Shown here piece by piece: positions 42,751 through 51,640 of a stretch of DNA of 64,000 nucleotides. A program made the position numbers and the translations under genes. The number at the start of each line of letters is the position of its first letter. Positions within the stretch are counted from its first letter, which is position 1. The stretch is from the NCBI RefSeq assembly GCF_054482595.1, contig NZ_CM137008.1; one strand, written 5' to 3'. The notes beneath the pieces were generated by a model. It made no database searches. It was not told the origin of the DNA and saw only the letters and a list, made by a program, of their open reading frames with translations.

Positions 42751-43239
42751 TTACCAGTCGAAAGTGGGGAACCCCGGCAGACATTCTGCGCCGGCGTCCA
42801 GATGAATGAGACTGACGCCATAACGCCGGGTGAGAGTGACGACCAGACGACGGAACGTTCTTGACAGGCCCAGGCGTTTAAGCCGCAGAACCGGGTACGA
42901 CCATGCATCGGTACGTAACAGATAGCCGCTGCCTGTAAAATGAATCCATTCTGTTTCGCCGTCGTCATTAGTCTGGTGTGACAGCGAGTACAGCCAGGCG
43001 TTGTCCGTTTCCGTGATATGTGCGGTACTGCAACGTATGCCGGTAAGGGTTGTTAACGGTGGTGGTGTACTGGTTGACTGCTGGTCGGATTTATCGACCA
43101 CGCGGAGTGAATAACCGTTTTCAGAGACCTTGTTAATCAGTTCAGCGAGATTAACACCATCGACGTCAACGACAATGCGCCCCATGTTCAGCGCCTGCAT
43201 GTTAATGCTGTCGGCTTCCGGCGTCAGGGAAAGGTTCAT
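42751..43239 (-). CDS. Island-encoded hypothetical protein (162 aa), translationally coupled to the toxin gene
   Basis: ATG 43239 overlaps toxin stop (ATGA, plus 43236-43239); [31 protein letters not shown]... Confidence 0.55.
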   Translation of the reverse strand: MNLSLTPEADSINMQALNMGRIVVDVDGVNLAELINKVSENGYSLRVVDKSDQQSTSTPPPLTTLTGIRCSTAHITETDNAWLYSLSHQTNDDGETEWIHFTGSGYLLRTDAWSYPVLRLKRLGLSRTFRRLVVTLTRRYGVSLIHLDAGAECLPGFPTFDW

Positions 43240-43619
43240 TGTTTCGCCTCCTCCGGATGCTTGCCCAGGGTAATGTTATTTACCATTCTGTAATTGTCCC
43301 GGGTCATCAGGCCGGTCGCCCTGCGAGCCCGGAGAATATCAATGCTGTTGATTAACTGAGACGACGGGGCTCCTGCGCTGAATCCCGGCTGGTCAGTTCG
43401 TACCAGCACGTATTTTTCAACGAGAAAGTTCACCGCGTCACACAGTGAAATCCCTGCCTCAATATGCTGCTCAATCACACGTTCATCAGCGAACGGTGTG
43501 TCATTCAACGTAAGGCCATAGTGCTGGTCCAGCAGTCGGGTGAGCAGTGTCTGCCAGATTTCAACCGGAGACGGGCAGCGCGATGCCGCCCGTACGTGTG
43601 TGTCGGGTAATGTTTTCAT
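43236..43619 (-). CDS. cbtA: Type IV toxin-antitoxin toxin, CbtA/YeeV/YkfI/YpjF family (127 aa)
   Basis: Translation from ATG 43619 [73 protein letters not shown] track extended 53 codons upstream. Confidence 0.85.
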   Translation of the reverse strand: MKTLPDTHVRAASRCPSPVEIWQTLLTRLLDQHYGLTLNDTPFADERVIEQHIEAGISLCDAVNFLVEKYVLVRTDQPGFSAGAPSSQLINSIDILRARRATGLMTRDNYRMVNNITLGKHPEEAKQ

Positions 43620-43695
43620 ACTGAAGGTTTTCCTGATATGCAGAGATGAAAAATGGAAAAGTGGCGTGGTGAAAGCACCAGGCCGGAGCAGAAGG

Positions 43696-44076
43696 CTATT
43701 CCGGAGGGTTACTTTCCGTTTCGGTCGCAGGATAAACAGCCAGATAAACGTAACCACAGGAGCCGAGGGTGTCGGCATCGCAGGTCAGCCCTTTCGCATA
43801 CAGCGTGACGGTATGCTGATGCCGGGGATTCAGTTCACCGCTGGTGAGCATGAGTTCCAGTTGTTTCATCAGCAGTGGAAAAGCCTGGTCCAGATGGTAT
43901 GCATCCGCATTGCTGAACCGGCCTCTGATACCGGCGCGGTCTGCAAGGTAATGCAACCGGTTACCCTCCTGCACCAGACGTGCCCCGAAACAGGGCGTCA
44001 CGATGCAGGGCAGCCCCCACCAGGGGCGGTCTTTGTTGTCGTCGGGAAGCGTTGTCCCGGGGAGTGTGTCTGACAC
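43696..44076 (-). CDS. cbeA: Type IV toxin-antitoxin antitoxin, CbeA/YeeU/YfjZ/YafW family (126 aa)
   Basis: GTG start 44076 preceded by GAGGA; translation (M)[51 protein letters not shown]. Confidence 0.85.
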   Translation of the reverse strand: MSDTLPGTTLPDDNKDRPWWGLPCIVTPCFGARLVQEGNRLHYLADRAGIRGRFSNADAYHLDQAFPLLMKQLELMLTSGELNPRHQHTVTLYAKGLTCDADTLGSCGYVYLAVYPATETESNPPE

Positions 44077-44086
44077 GATAAAATCC

Positions 44087-44770
44087 TCACAGAAAATCGG
44101 TGAATGATAGTTTAACGATGACGGGGCAGCCGGCGCGCAGACCGGCTTCGGTGAAGGTATATTCGTTGATGAGAAGGGCCTCATCCACAGCGGCGTCTGA
44201 GGTCAGCCAGTCGTACTCGTTTTCCAGTTGACGGTACAACCAGAAGGCCAGGTCGCGCAGGGCTTCGCTGACTGCGGCTTCCGCATCGGTTGTCATAGCC
44301 TGACCAGTCGGACTGTTCCGGGTGACGGTGATATCCATGCAGTACGGATGGCAGTAACGTCCCCGGTGGTGGATTTCAGCCTGCAGTTGCCAGAAGTTAC
44401 GCTTCTGCACCGCCTGCAGGGCATCCGCGATACGATGAAGCTCACGGTCCTGCGGGGCATACACCCCGACTCTCCTGGCTGTTGCTGACTGCCAGTGCCA
44501 GCGTCCTTCAAAACAGGCTCCGTCCCCCTGGCTGCAGAATCCGCTGAACCAGATGCACGGCTCTTCCATAAACCTGCCGTTGCTGAGCCGGATAACACGC
44601 TGGCGGAGGTCAATCCCGAAAATGCCACAGACCTCCCTGAAGTCCCCATACACGTTTTCATACCAGTTGCTGTCAGCATGATGCTGACGGTACCAGTCGC
44701 GGGCTTTTTCCTGTGCGGTGGAGGATAGCTCATTCAGTGTATACACAGTGGTGGTGATAATTCTGCTCAT
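44087..44770 (-). CDS. Hypothetical protein (227 aa) between DUF987 and antitoxin genes; not recognised as a canonical CP4 gene
   Basis: ORF MSRIITTTVYTLNELSSTAQEKARDWYRQHHADSNWYEN...; fills the gap exactly; its TGA stop (44087-44089) overlaps the antitoxin Shine-Dalgarno GTGAGGA. Confidence 0.6.
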   Translation of the reverse strand: MSRIITTTVYTLNELSSTAQEKARDWYRQHHADSNWYENVYGDFREVCGIFGIDLRQRVIRLSNGRFMEEPCIWFSGFCSQGDGACFEGRWHWQSATARRVGVYAPQDRELHRIADALQAVQKRNFWQLQAEIHHRGRYCHPYCMDITVTRNSPTGQAMTTDAEAAVSEALRDLAFWLYRQLENEYDWLTSDAAVDEALLINEYTFTEAGLRAGCPVIVKLSFTDFL

Positions 44771-44788
44771 CAGAGTGCCCTTACTGAC

Positions 44789-45010
44789 TCAGTTCAGAGT
44801 GACGTTCATCAGCCGGACATACGGGCCAAAACTGTCCTTACGGCGTTCAGCAAACACGGCCAGCACACCGGGAATATCCTGCACTTCACGACCGGTATAC
44901 GCCTCAGCACTGCCGTGCCAGCGGTATTTGCCGGTACAGAAAGGAAAAAGACGGGATGCCGGATGTTGTTGGTGAATACGCATGGCTTCACCACGGGTGA
45001 TGATTTTCAT
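44789..45010 (-). CDS. DUF987 family protein (YeeT/YkfH-like), 73 aa
   Basis: ORF MKIITRGEAMRIHQQHPASRLFPFCTGKYRWHGSAEAYTGREVQDIPGVLAVFAERRKD; canonical position upstream of CbeA-type antitoxin. Confidence 0.8.
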   Translation of the reverse strand: MKIITRGEAMRIHQQHPASRLFPFCTGKYRWHGSAEAYTGREVQDIPGVLAVFAERRKDSFGPYVRLMNVTLN

Positions 45011-45072
45011 AGTGTGATACCTCTGAAGACAGAAGATAAAAGTGCAAACAAGCGTGATGTGGTTGTGACGGG

Positions 45073-45564
45073 TTAAAGCAGACCATGTTCGGCAAAGGAG
45101 AAAACCTGGTTGCCACCGACTATCAGATGGTCCGGCACCCGGATATCCACCAGGCCCAGTGCCTGTACCAGACGTTCCGTGATAAGGCGGTCTGCCTTGC
45201 TGGGTGTGACTTCACCGGACGGGTGATTGTGCGCCAGCACCACGGCAGCGGCATTGTGGTACAGGGCGCGTTTAATCACTTCCCGGGGATGGACTTCCGT
45301 GCGGTTGATGGTGCCGGTGAAGAGGGTTTCACCGGCAATCAGTTGATTCTGGTTATTCAGATACAGCACCCGGAATTCTTCACGCTCCAGTCCCGCCATG
45401 TTCAGAATCAGCCATTCCCGTGCCGCACGGGTGGAGGTGAAGGCCACGCCGGGTTCATGAAGATGGCGGTCCAGAGTTTTCAGGGCCCGCAGAATGAGAC
45501 TGCGCTCGCCGGGCGTCATCTCTCCGGGCAGAAAGGAAAGCTGCTGCATTGTCCCTGCCTCCAT
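45073..45564 (-). CDS. RadC-like JAB-domain protein (YeeS/YkfG/YfjY family)
   Basis: ORF contains HNHPSGEVTPSKADRLITERL (JAMM HxH...S motif); start may be the internal Met at 45549. Confidence 0.85.
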   Translation of the reverse strand: MEAGTMQQLSFLPGEMTPGERSLILRALKTLDRHLHEPGVAFTSTRAAREWLILNMAGLEREEFRVLYLNNQNQLIAGETLFTGTINRTEVHPREVIKRALYHNAAAVVLAHNHPSGEVTPSKADRLITERLVQALGLVDIRVPDHLIVGGNQVFSFAEHGLL

Positions 45565-46050
45565 TCAGTCGATGATGCGCATAATGGCGCTGCATTCCGG
45601 ATGCTGCAGGGCGTAATCCCGCAGCCGGTAATAATGGACCGTCATGGCATAACACTCCGTACGACAGGCGTGATGACTGTACGTCATCAGACAGGCAGCA
45701 ATGCCGGCAGCTTCCGGACTCATTTCAGCGCGGTTACCGTTCATGGCATTGAACAGTACCCATGTTTCGTCATCATCGTCATCCGGTTCGGGTGCCATAA
45801 ATGCCCCGCCGTTGTTCAGGGTGTACAGATTCCAGATACCACCGCAGTAGTCTTCACACAGACGGTCCATCCAGCCGAAGACACGGGGCTCCAGGGCCAC
45901 CCACTGTGGAATGAGGCCAAAGTGCTGCGGCCAGAAGCTGATGCGCTGTTCATCAGGGACTATGGTGGCAACCAGCTGAGGCTGGTCATTCCCTGATGCA
46001 GCGGTTACGGAAACAGAAGGAGTGGTGGAATTATGCAAGACGGTTGTCAT
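45565..46050 (-). CDS. Antirestriction protein, KlcA/ArdB-like (YfjX/YafX family), 161 aa
   Basis: ORF MTTVLHNSTTPSVSVTAASGNDQPQLVATIVPDEQRISFWPQHFGLIPQWVALEPRVFGWMDRL. Confidence 0.8.
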   Translation of the reverse strand: MTTVLHNSTTPSVSVTAASGNDQPQLVATIVPDEQRISFWPQHFGLIPQWVALEPRVFGWMDRLCEDYCGGIWNLYTLNNGGAFMAPEPDDDDDETWVLFNAMNGNRAEMSPEAAGIAACLMTYSHHACRTECYAMTVHYYRLRDYALQHPECSAIMRIID

Positions 46051-46141
46051 GAGATTATTCCTTATAAAAAGTAAATGAATGGAAGAAATCCCGGGGGAAG
46101 GGACAGACGTGAGTCAGAACTGCGCTTTCAGGGAAACGGCA

Positions 46142-46960
46142 TCAGCGCATACTCTCCAGCAGCGTTTCAGCCATCACCCACAATGCGCGGTTGAGCTTAA
46201 TGTCGGTGTCGATGCTGTGAATGGCACGGGTATGGATACGTTTTCCTCTGGCACTGCGACCGGAAATCCCGCCTTTCAGCATATTCTCCTGAATGGTCTG
46301 ATAAGCACTCCACAGGTCCTTACCGTAATCCTCCCGGCGTCGTGGCGTCAGAATGTCGGCGGTGGTGACGGGCCGATGTTCGTCACCATAACGGTAAGTC
46401 AGTGCCGCCTGTGCCAGCGCCTGGCGTGCCGGTGGCGGCAGAATCAGCGACTGCATGGCATCACGCTTTTCCTCAATCCGGTCAAAAACCCCCACCACCT
46501 CGTAAGCCCCTTCAATAACTTTCTCCACCACATTTCCCCGGTGCGGAACACGCACTTCCCCCAGAGACTGACCACAGACGCATCCGTTCTGACAGACGAA
46601 CCTGAAGTAACCCGGCAGCATCTGGTAGCTGGAGGTACCGTCATGGGAGTTGAGCAGAATGATTTCAGGGACATGTTCTCCGTTTATCTCTCCGGCCCGC
46701 CGCAGACGCAGCATATGTTTTGTGTATCCCCGGCGGCCCGGGTCGCGCACACGGGTCTGGCAGGCGAAGAATGGCTGAAAGCCTTCCCGCTGCAGGCTTT
46801 CCAGTACGGTGATGGTGGGAATGTACGCATATCGTTTACTGCGGGAAGTATGCCGGTCTTCACCGAAAATACTGGGAACATAGTGCATCAGTTCTTCGTG
46901 TGTCAGCGGACGGTCACGGCGTATCTGGTTCGTATAACCAAAACGACTGGCTAGTCGCAT
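46142..46960 (-). CDS. Island-encoded DUF932-like protein (YfjQ-like), 272 aa
   Basis: Intact 272-aa ORF MRLASRFGYTNQIRRDRPLTHEELMHYVPSIF...; family from memory. Confidence 0.65.
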   Translation of the reverse strand: MRLASRFGYTNQIRRDRPLTHEELMHYVPSIFGEDRHTSRSKRYAYIPTITVLESLQREGFQPFFACQTRVRDPGRRGYTKHMLRLRRAGEINGEHVPEIILLNSHDGTSSYQMLPGYFRFVCQNGCVCGQSLGEVRVPHRGNVVEKVIEGAYEVVGVFDRIEEKRDAMQSLILPPPARQALAQAALTYRYGDEHRPVTTADILTPRRREDYGKDLWSAYQTIQENMLKGGISGRSARGKRIHTRAIHSIDTDIKLNRALWVMAETLLESMR

Positions 46961-47239
46961 AATTTGCTCCTTATGAATGAGTTAGCGGTATAAATGAAAA
47001 AGCCGCGTCTCCCGGAGAAGACACGGCCTGACAGATGAAATGAATGACGTTTATTGTCTGAGAAGCCCTTCACTGGCGAGCTGCGTATTTTTATGGAAGG
47101 AGATCACCCAATAACCCCATCGGGATCGGGTAATAACCGGCCAGACTGTGATCGATTCAGATGCCATTTGGCAGCAAAAGAGCCTTCGGCAATAAACGTG
47201 ATGTACAACCCGGCATATCTGTTACTCCCTGAAAGTAAA

Positions 47240-47266
47240 AGGCCCCGGTCATTATGACCGGGGCCT
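47240..47266 (-). terminator. Rho-independent terminator downstream of the antigen 43 gene
   Basis: AGGCCCCGGTCAT-t-ATGACCGGGGCCT palindrome 20 nt after Ag43 stop, followed on minus strand by TTTTAC. Confidence 0.65.
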
Positions 47267-47286
47267 GAAGGGGAGTGACCTGATTA

Positions 47287-50133
47287 TCAGAAAGTCACAT
47301 TCAGCGTGGCCTGACCGTTATAGCCTTCGGCGCTGCTGCCGCTGACGCTGTGGGCATAACCGGCCTGAACGCCCAGGGTGATATTTTCCCGGACACGGGC
47401 TTCCAGTCCGGCCTGCAGGTCCAGTGACGTGCCATTCTGGGACGGTGAGAACGTCATGTTACTGCCGGCGGCGGCTGTCCCCATGCTCATGTCACCCCGG
47501 GAACTGAAGGTGCGGATAACAGAAGGCTGTACCCACCAGTTCACCGGCAGTTCACGCACACGGTGTTTTGCACTGTCGCGCAGGGTGTCACGGGATGAGG
47601 TGCCTTCACCAAAGCTCATATCGTTGTGGCTGCCCAGACGGAAGCCGGCACGCATATGTTGTGCACTGCCATGCCCGAACTTCACATAACCGGCGTTATC
47701 CTGGCCGTCATCCAGGGAAAGTCCCTGCCAGGTGTACTGCAGTTGTGGTTCCAGCATCAGGTTGTCAGTGATACTGAAGGGCAGACCGGTTTCCAGTGAG
47801 CCCAGCCAGCCCCAGCCCCGGGCGCGGAAGTCGTTATTGTCCGATGACGCTTTCATGCTGTGGCGGGTTCCCTGTGCCATAATGTCAGCCCACAGGCCGG
47901 AGGACGTGTGTACCAGATTCAGGTATCCGCCCAGGCTGCCGGCATCATCCCGGACCGTGCCGGCGCGGGAGCCGTCATCATCCTTAACATCAACGGAAGA
48001 ATGGCCAGCAGCACTATATACCCCCGCGGTCACAGACATACCGGCAACCTCTGTTCTCAGCAGGTCACTCTCCAGACGGACGAAGCCATAGCTGCCGCTG
48101 CTTTCCGGCGTGGCCCCACGGGCAATACCGCCGTTGTTATCGTGACCGAGATGACCGCCCTGAATGCTGAGACGGACGCTGTTATTTTCACCGTTTACAC
48201 CGGTCTGATGGCTGCGGGAGCCTGCCAGAATCCGGTCATAGTCCATTGCCTGTGTCAGCATGGAAGCATACAGGGGGACTTCAGCACGATAAGCATTTTC
48301 ACTGCGCAGGTACCAGTCTTCATCGCTGTCACGGTTCAGGGTGTAGTTAAAGGCACCGGCCTGAAGCGGGCGACTCAGGGCAAACGCACCTTCTTCTGTG
48401 GTGGCACCATTCTGTGCATCCACAACCCGGATACCCTGTCCGGAAGTTGCCACCCCGAGGTTACTGTTTCCGACATTTGTGAACGCAAGCCAGGTTTTGC
48501 CGGTTGCCTGACCACCATTAATCACCAGCTGGTCAGAGGCATTGCTGCCATCAAGGCGAACACGCATATTGATGGTGCCACCCTGACCGGTGAGGTTACT
48601 GGTGGTCAGTTTATGGAACGTTACCGGGGCGTCGCCTTTTGCAACAGCACGGCTCAGGACGGCATCCTGTGTCGTCTGATTATCAAAGCGAATCTCCCCT
48701 GCGTTAACAATATCGCCGGTACTGACCACATCACCATTCAGTACCATGCTGGCGCCTTTACTGAGCTGTGTTCTGCCACTCAGACTTCCCCCGGCAGCCA
48801 GCGTCAGTGTTCCACGATGTCCGACAGTGGTGTTGCCAGCCTGTCCCCCGGCATTAACCGTAAAGCTGCCGCCATTTTCCAGCAGCAGGCCGCTGGCCTG
48901 ACCGGATATGCCATCAATACTGAACTTACCGCTGGCATTGGTCCCCTCAACAGTGGCACCACTGTCTGCAATCAGGGCACCACCGGATGTCATGGTGACA
49001 CCTGTCGCCTTACCACCGGCAGACACTGCCAGGGTACCGCCGTCATCCACCCGTGTTTTCTGCGCTGAATGACCCTCCAGTACATCCAGACGACCGCCGG
49101 ACTCCAGAACAACACCGTCAGCCTTACCGTTTTCCACCGCGAAATTGCCCAGACGGTTGCTGCCGGTGACGGTTGCCGCCGTACTGGTGACCAGTGCGCC
49201 TCCCTGCTTCAGGGTGACATTCGTGGCTGTACCACCGGCGTTCACCTGCAGTTTGCCTTTCTGGTTAACGGTGGTGAAATCCGCCAGACCACCTTCCTTG
49301 ATAATCTGCCAGCCGTCACTGTTCACAACAGTGTCAGACGTTGTACCGCCGTTGTGTACATACTGGTTACCGCCATTCAGCGTGGTATCCAGTGCGTGGC
49401 CATGTACCGTCTGGTCGCCGCCGGCATAAACCACAGTGGTATTTGCTGTTCCTTCAACAGTCACAATCTGACGACCATTTTTATTGATGGTGGTACGTAC
49501 GGCATTTCCGCGAACAAACTGCCCGGTATCACCATTTTCTGCATCCGGTCCTCCTTCTGCGCCGGTATTCACAACGGTGTCTGTTGCCACTGCGCCGGGT
49601 TTGACGACCTGCCAGCCCTTATCATTAATGACGGTTCCTGTGGCTATCGCACCTTCATGCATCCACTGCTCGCCACCATTCAGCGTGGTGTTCAGTGCCA
49701 GTCCCTTCAGGCTTTGTCCGCCTCCTTCATTGATTATTGTGTCTGTAGCCTTTCCCCCGGCACCTACAAACTGGAGCCCGCCGCTGCTGATGGTGGTATT
49801 ACTGGCTGTGCCGCCATCCTGTACCCATTGCCCGCCGGTATTGGCCTCGTTATCCGTCCCATACTCCAGCCCGGTACTGATGGTCATTCCGTTGGTCGTA
49901 CCGAAGACAATCTGGTTGTCATGATTTGTCAGTGTTCCGCCGTTCACGGTTTCTCCCGCCTCTACAACCGTGTCAGCAGCCAGTGCCGGGACTGGCGTGA
50001 CAGCAGCAAGAGACAGCGCAACCGCCACACCGGCGCGTTTTCCCCGTGAGCGGGCCAGTTCGGAAGCCACCACCAGGGTGCCCGTAATGTGATTCCATAC
50101 CAGCCTGTAGCTGGTGTTCAGATGTCGTTTCAT
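47287..50133 (-). CDS. flu: Antigen 43-type self-associating autotransporter adhesin (948 aa)
   Basis: Translation from ATG 50133 MKRHLNTSYRLVWNHITGTLVVASELARSRGKRAGVAVALSLAAV (extended signal peptide); beta-helical repeats; C-terminal beta-barrel ending QATLNVTF; AAGGA SD. Confidence 0.92.
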   Translation of the reverse strand: MKRHLNTSYRLVWNHITGTLVVASELARSRGKRAGVAVALSLAAVTPVPALAADTVVEAGETVNGGTLTNHDNQIVFGTTNGMTISTGLEYGTDNEANTGGQWVQDGGTASNTTISSGGLQFVGAGGKATDTIINEGGGQSLKGLALNTTLNGGEQWMHEGAIATGTVINDKGWQVVKPGAVATDTVVNTGAEGGPDAENGDTGQFVRGNAVRTTINKNGRQIVTVEGTANTTVVYAGGDQTVHGHALDTTLNGGNQYVHNGGTTSDTVVNSDGWQIIKEGGLADFTTVNQKGKLQVNAGGTATNVTLKQGGALVTSTAATVTGSNRLGNFAVENGKADGVVLESGGRLDVLEGHSAQKTRVDDGGTLAVSAGGKATGVTMTSGGALIADSGATVEGTNASGKFSIDGISGQASGLLLENGGSFTVNAGGQAGNTTVGHRGTLTLAAGGSLSGRTQLSKGASMVLNGDVVSTGDIVNAGEIRFDNQTTQDAVLSRAVAKGDAPVTFHKLTTSNLTGQGGTINMRVRLDGSNASDQLVINGGQATGKTWLAFTNVGNSNLGVATSGQGIRVVDAQNGATTEEGAFALSRPLQAGAFNYTLNRDSDEDWYLRSENAYRAEVPLYASMLTQAMDYDRILAGSRSHQTGVNGENNSVRLSIQGGHLGHDNNGGIARGATPESSGSYGFVRLESDLLRTEVAGMSVTAGVYSAAGHSSVDVKDDDGSRAGTVRDDAGSLGGYLNLVHTSSGLWADIMAQGTRHSMKASSDNNDFRARGWGWLGSLETGLPFSITDNLMLEPQLQYTWQGLSLDDGQDNAGYVKFGHGSAQHMRAGFRLGSHNDMSFGEGTSSRDTLRDSAKHRVRELPVNWWVQPSVIRTFSSRGDMSMGTAAAGSNMTFSPSQNGTSLDLQAGLEARVRENITLGVQAGYAHSVSGSSAEGYNGQATLNVTF

Positions 50134-50348
50134 CAGCTTTTCCTTACAGAGGGTGAATAAAAAAGCCGGTACCCACAAATGTGGATACCGGCAGGTACAA
50201 AACAGCATGGTCAGATAAAGTGGTTTTTCCCGGACATAAATGCTTCCCCTCTCTCATCCGCCAGAGAAGTATCAGTCCGTTGTGTGCAATTCCGTTCTGC
50301 ATGATGAAGAGATTCAGCTGCCTTTTCGCAGACCATTAACCACCATAA

Positions 50349-50390
50349 ACGATCGATGACAACGATCGATACCTGTTTTATCGATCGTTT
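50349..50390. promoter_or_regulatory. agn43 phase-variation switch: three GATC (Dam) sites in the presumed OxyR operator
   Basis: GATC at 50352, 50365 and 50384 within cGATCgatgacaacGATCgatacctgttttatcGATCg, about 220-250 nt upstream of Ag43 ATG. Confidence 0.75.
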
Positions 50391-50504
50391 TATTCTATTA
50401 ACAGCAAGGCAGTCACGCAAGGGAAAGAGGTGGGTATGAGGTGTTTGTATCATGTTTTCAGTTGGTTAACGCAATGTAATCAGGCATTTCCCCTGGCAGA
50501 ATGT

Positions 50505-51416
50505 TCAGAAGAAAATCCAGTTCCATACAGCGCGGGCAACAGAGACCACCGTGTCACGGACGACACGCAGAACCGTACGAGCCACAGAGGCAACACAGAC
50601 GCTCTCCGCCGTGTCAAATATCCGGTCCACCGCACCGGTAAACTGTTCACGGGCCTGCCCCCGGACAGATTCCGTGCACAGCTCGTCCTGCAGGCGGGTC
50701 ATCAGGGGACTGGCGGCATGGTCGGGAAGTGCTGTCATGAGCGCACTGACCAGCGTATCCAGTTCCCAGCCGGTGCGGGCCGATACGGCCACAACCGGAT
50801 GTACGGGCCGGAACAGACGGAATACCGCCTCCGTTTTTTCGCGAATGTTCTGTGCCTGTGCGGGAGAAGGCTGAATACCGGCCATATCCCATTCATGGCA
50901 GGGCTCCGTTTTATCGGCCTGCGTCACCACAAACAGCACCTGCTGATGTCCCCGGTGCAGGATGTGTCGCCAGAAATACTCATCCACAGACAGGGCACGG
51001 TCATCGGCTTTAATCAGCCACAGTACCAGGTCAAGTTCAGGCAGAATGTCACGGTACAGGGCTTCATACTCTGCATCCCTGTCCCGGCTCTCGCCCACCC
51101 CGGGCAGGTCAGTGATAACCATGCTGTGACCGTGGCCACTCAGACGGAAGCGCCGCACTTCCCGGGTGCCGGCGTGAACATCACTGACCGGGGTGACCTC
51201 CCCCTGAAACAGTGCATTACAGAGTGAGGATTTACCGGCCCCGCTTTTCCCCATAATGCCAATCACGGGTTCGTGACTGGTGAGTTTACGCAGATGTTCC
51301 AGGATGTGACGGGAAAGTGAGTAAGGCAGGGAAGAAAGTGGTTTTTCAATTGCCTCAATGGCATCAGACGGATTCATACATGTATTCCCGGTGAAAAAAG
51401 ACAAAACCCCGCGCAC
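50505..51416 (-). CDS. YeeP/YfjP-family GTPase (303 aa)
   Basis: ORF with P-loop GIMGKSGAGKSSLCNAL and DLPG G3 motif; canonical position upstream of agn43; start may be internal Met at 51377. Confidence 0.85.
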   Translation of the reverse strand: MRGVLSFFTGNTCMNPSDAIEAIEKPLSSLPYSLSRHILEHLRKLTSHEPVIGIMGKSGAGKSSLCNALFQGEVTPVSDVHAGTREVRRFRLSGHGHSMVITDLPGVGESRDRDAEYEALYRDILPELDLVLWLIKADDRALSVDEYFWRHILHRGHQQVLFVVTQADKTEPCHEWDMAGIQPSPAQAQNIREKTEAVFRLFRPVHPVVAVSARTGWELDTLVSALMTALPDHAASPLMTRLQDELCTESVRGQAREQFTGAVDRIFDTAESVCVASVARTVLRVVRDTVVSVARAVWNWIFF

Positions 51417-51640
51417 CGGAAAGGTGGCGGGGGATTCACGGAGATAATATCTGTCTGAAATTATTTAGAATGCACCTGGTGCACTGCAAAGGAAAGGCAA
51501 TATTCCGTTCCTCCTCCTTGTCGTGAATACCCCAGGTATCTCACAATGTACACCGACTTACTCCGGGGCTGCCTGAACCACAAGATTGCTGTAGAATTGC
51601 CCCCAATGATTCAGGTCCAAACCAGGAAAATGGATTAAAA

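Noticed and set aside
45085-46954. Plus-strand ORFs of 303 aa (45085-45996) and 291 aa (46079-46954) in the CP4-type module
   Set aside because: Antisense to the RadC-like, antirestriction and DUF932-like genes, which have recognisable homology and operon-like spacing; these are GC-rich mirror ORFs.
47860-50049. Two long plus-strand ORFs (402 aa and 326 aa) antisense to the antigen 43 gene
   Set aside because: They lie entirely within the Ag43 coding region on the opposite strand; the GC-rich, repetitive beta-helix sequence lacks stop codons in several frames; their translations are low-complexity and the Ag43 frame has clear homology.
50134-50504. Possible small RNA (isrC-like) between the GTPase gene and agn43
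   Set aside because: Only positional analogy to K-12; I could not identify promoter and terminator signals confidently from sequence, and the region is already explained by the agn43 leader and OxyR/Dam switch.
50430-51227. 265-aa plus-strand ORF overlapping the YeeP-like GTPase gene
   Set aside because: Antisense to a gene with clear P-loop GTPase motifs; no independent start context.
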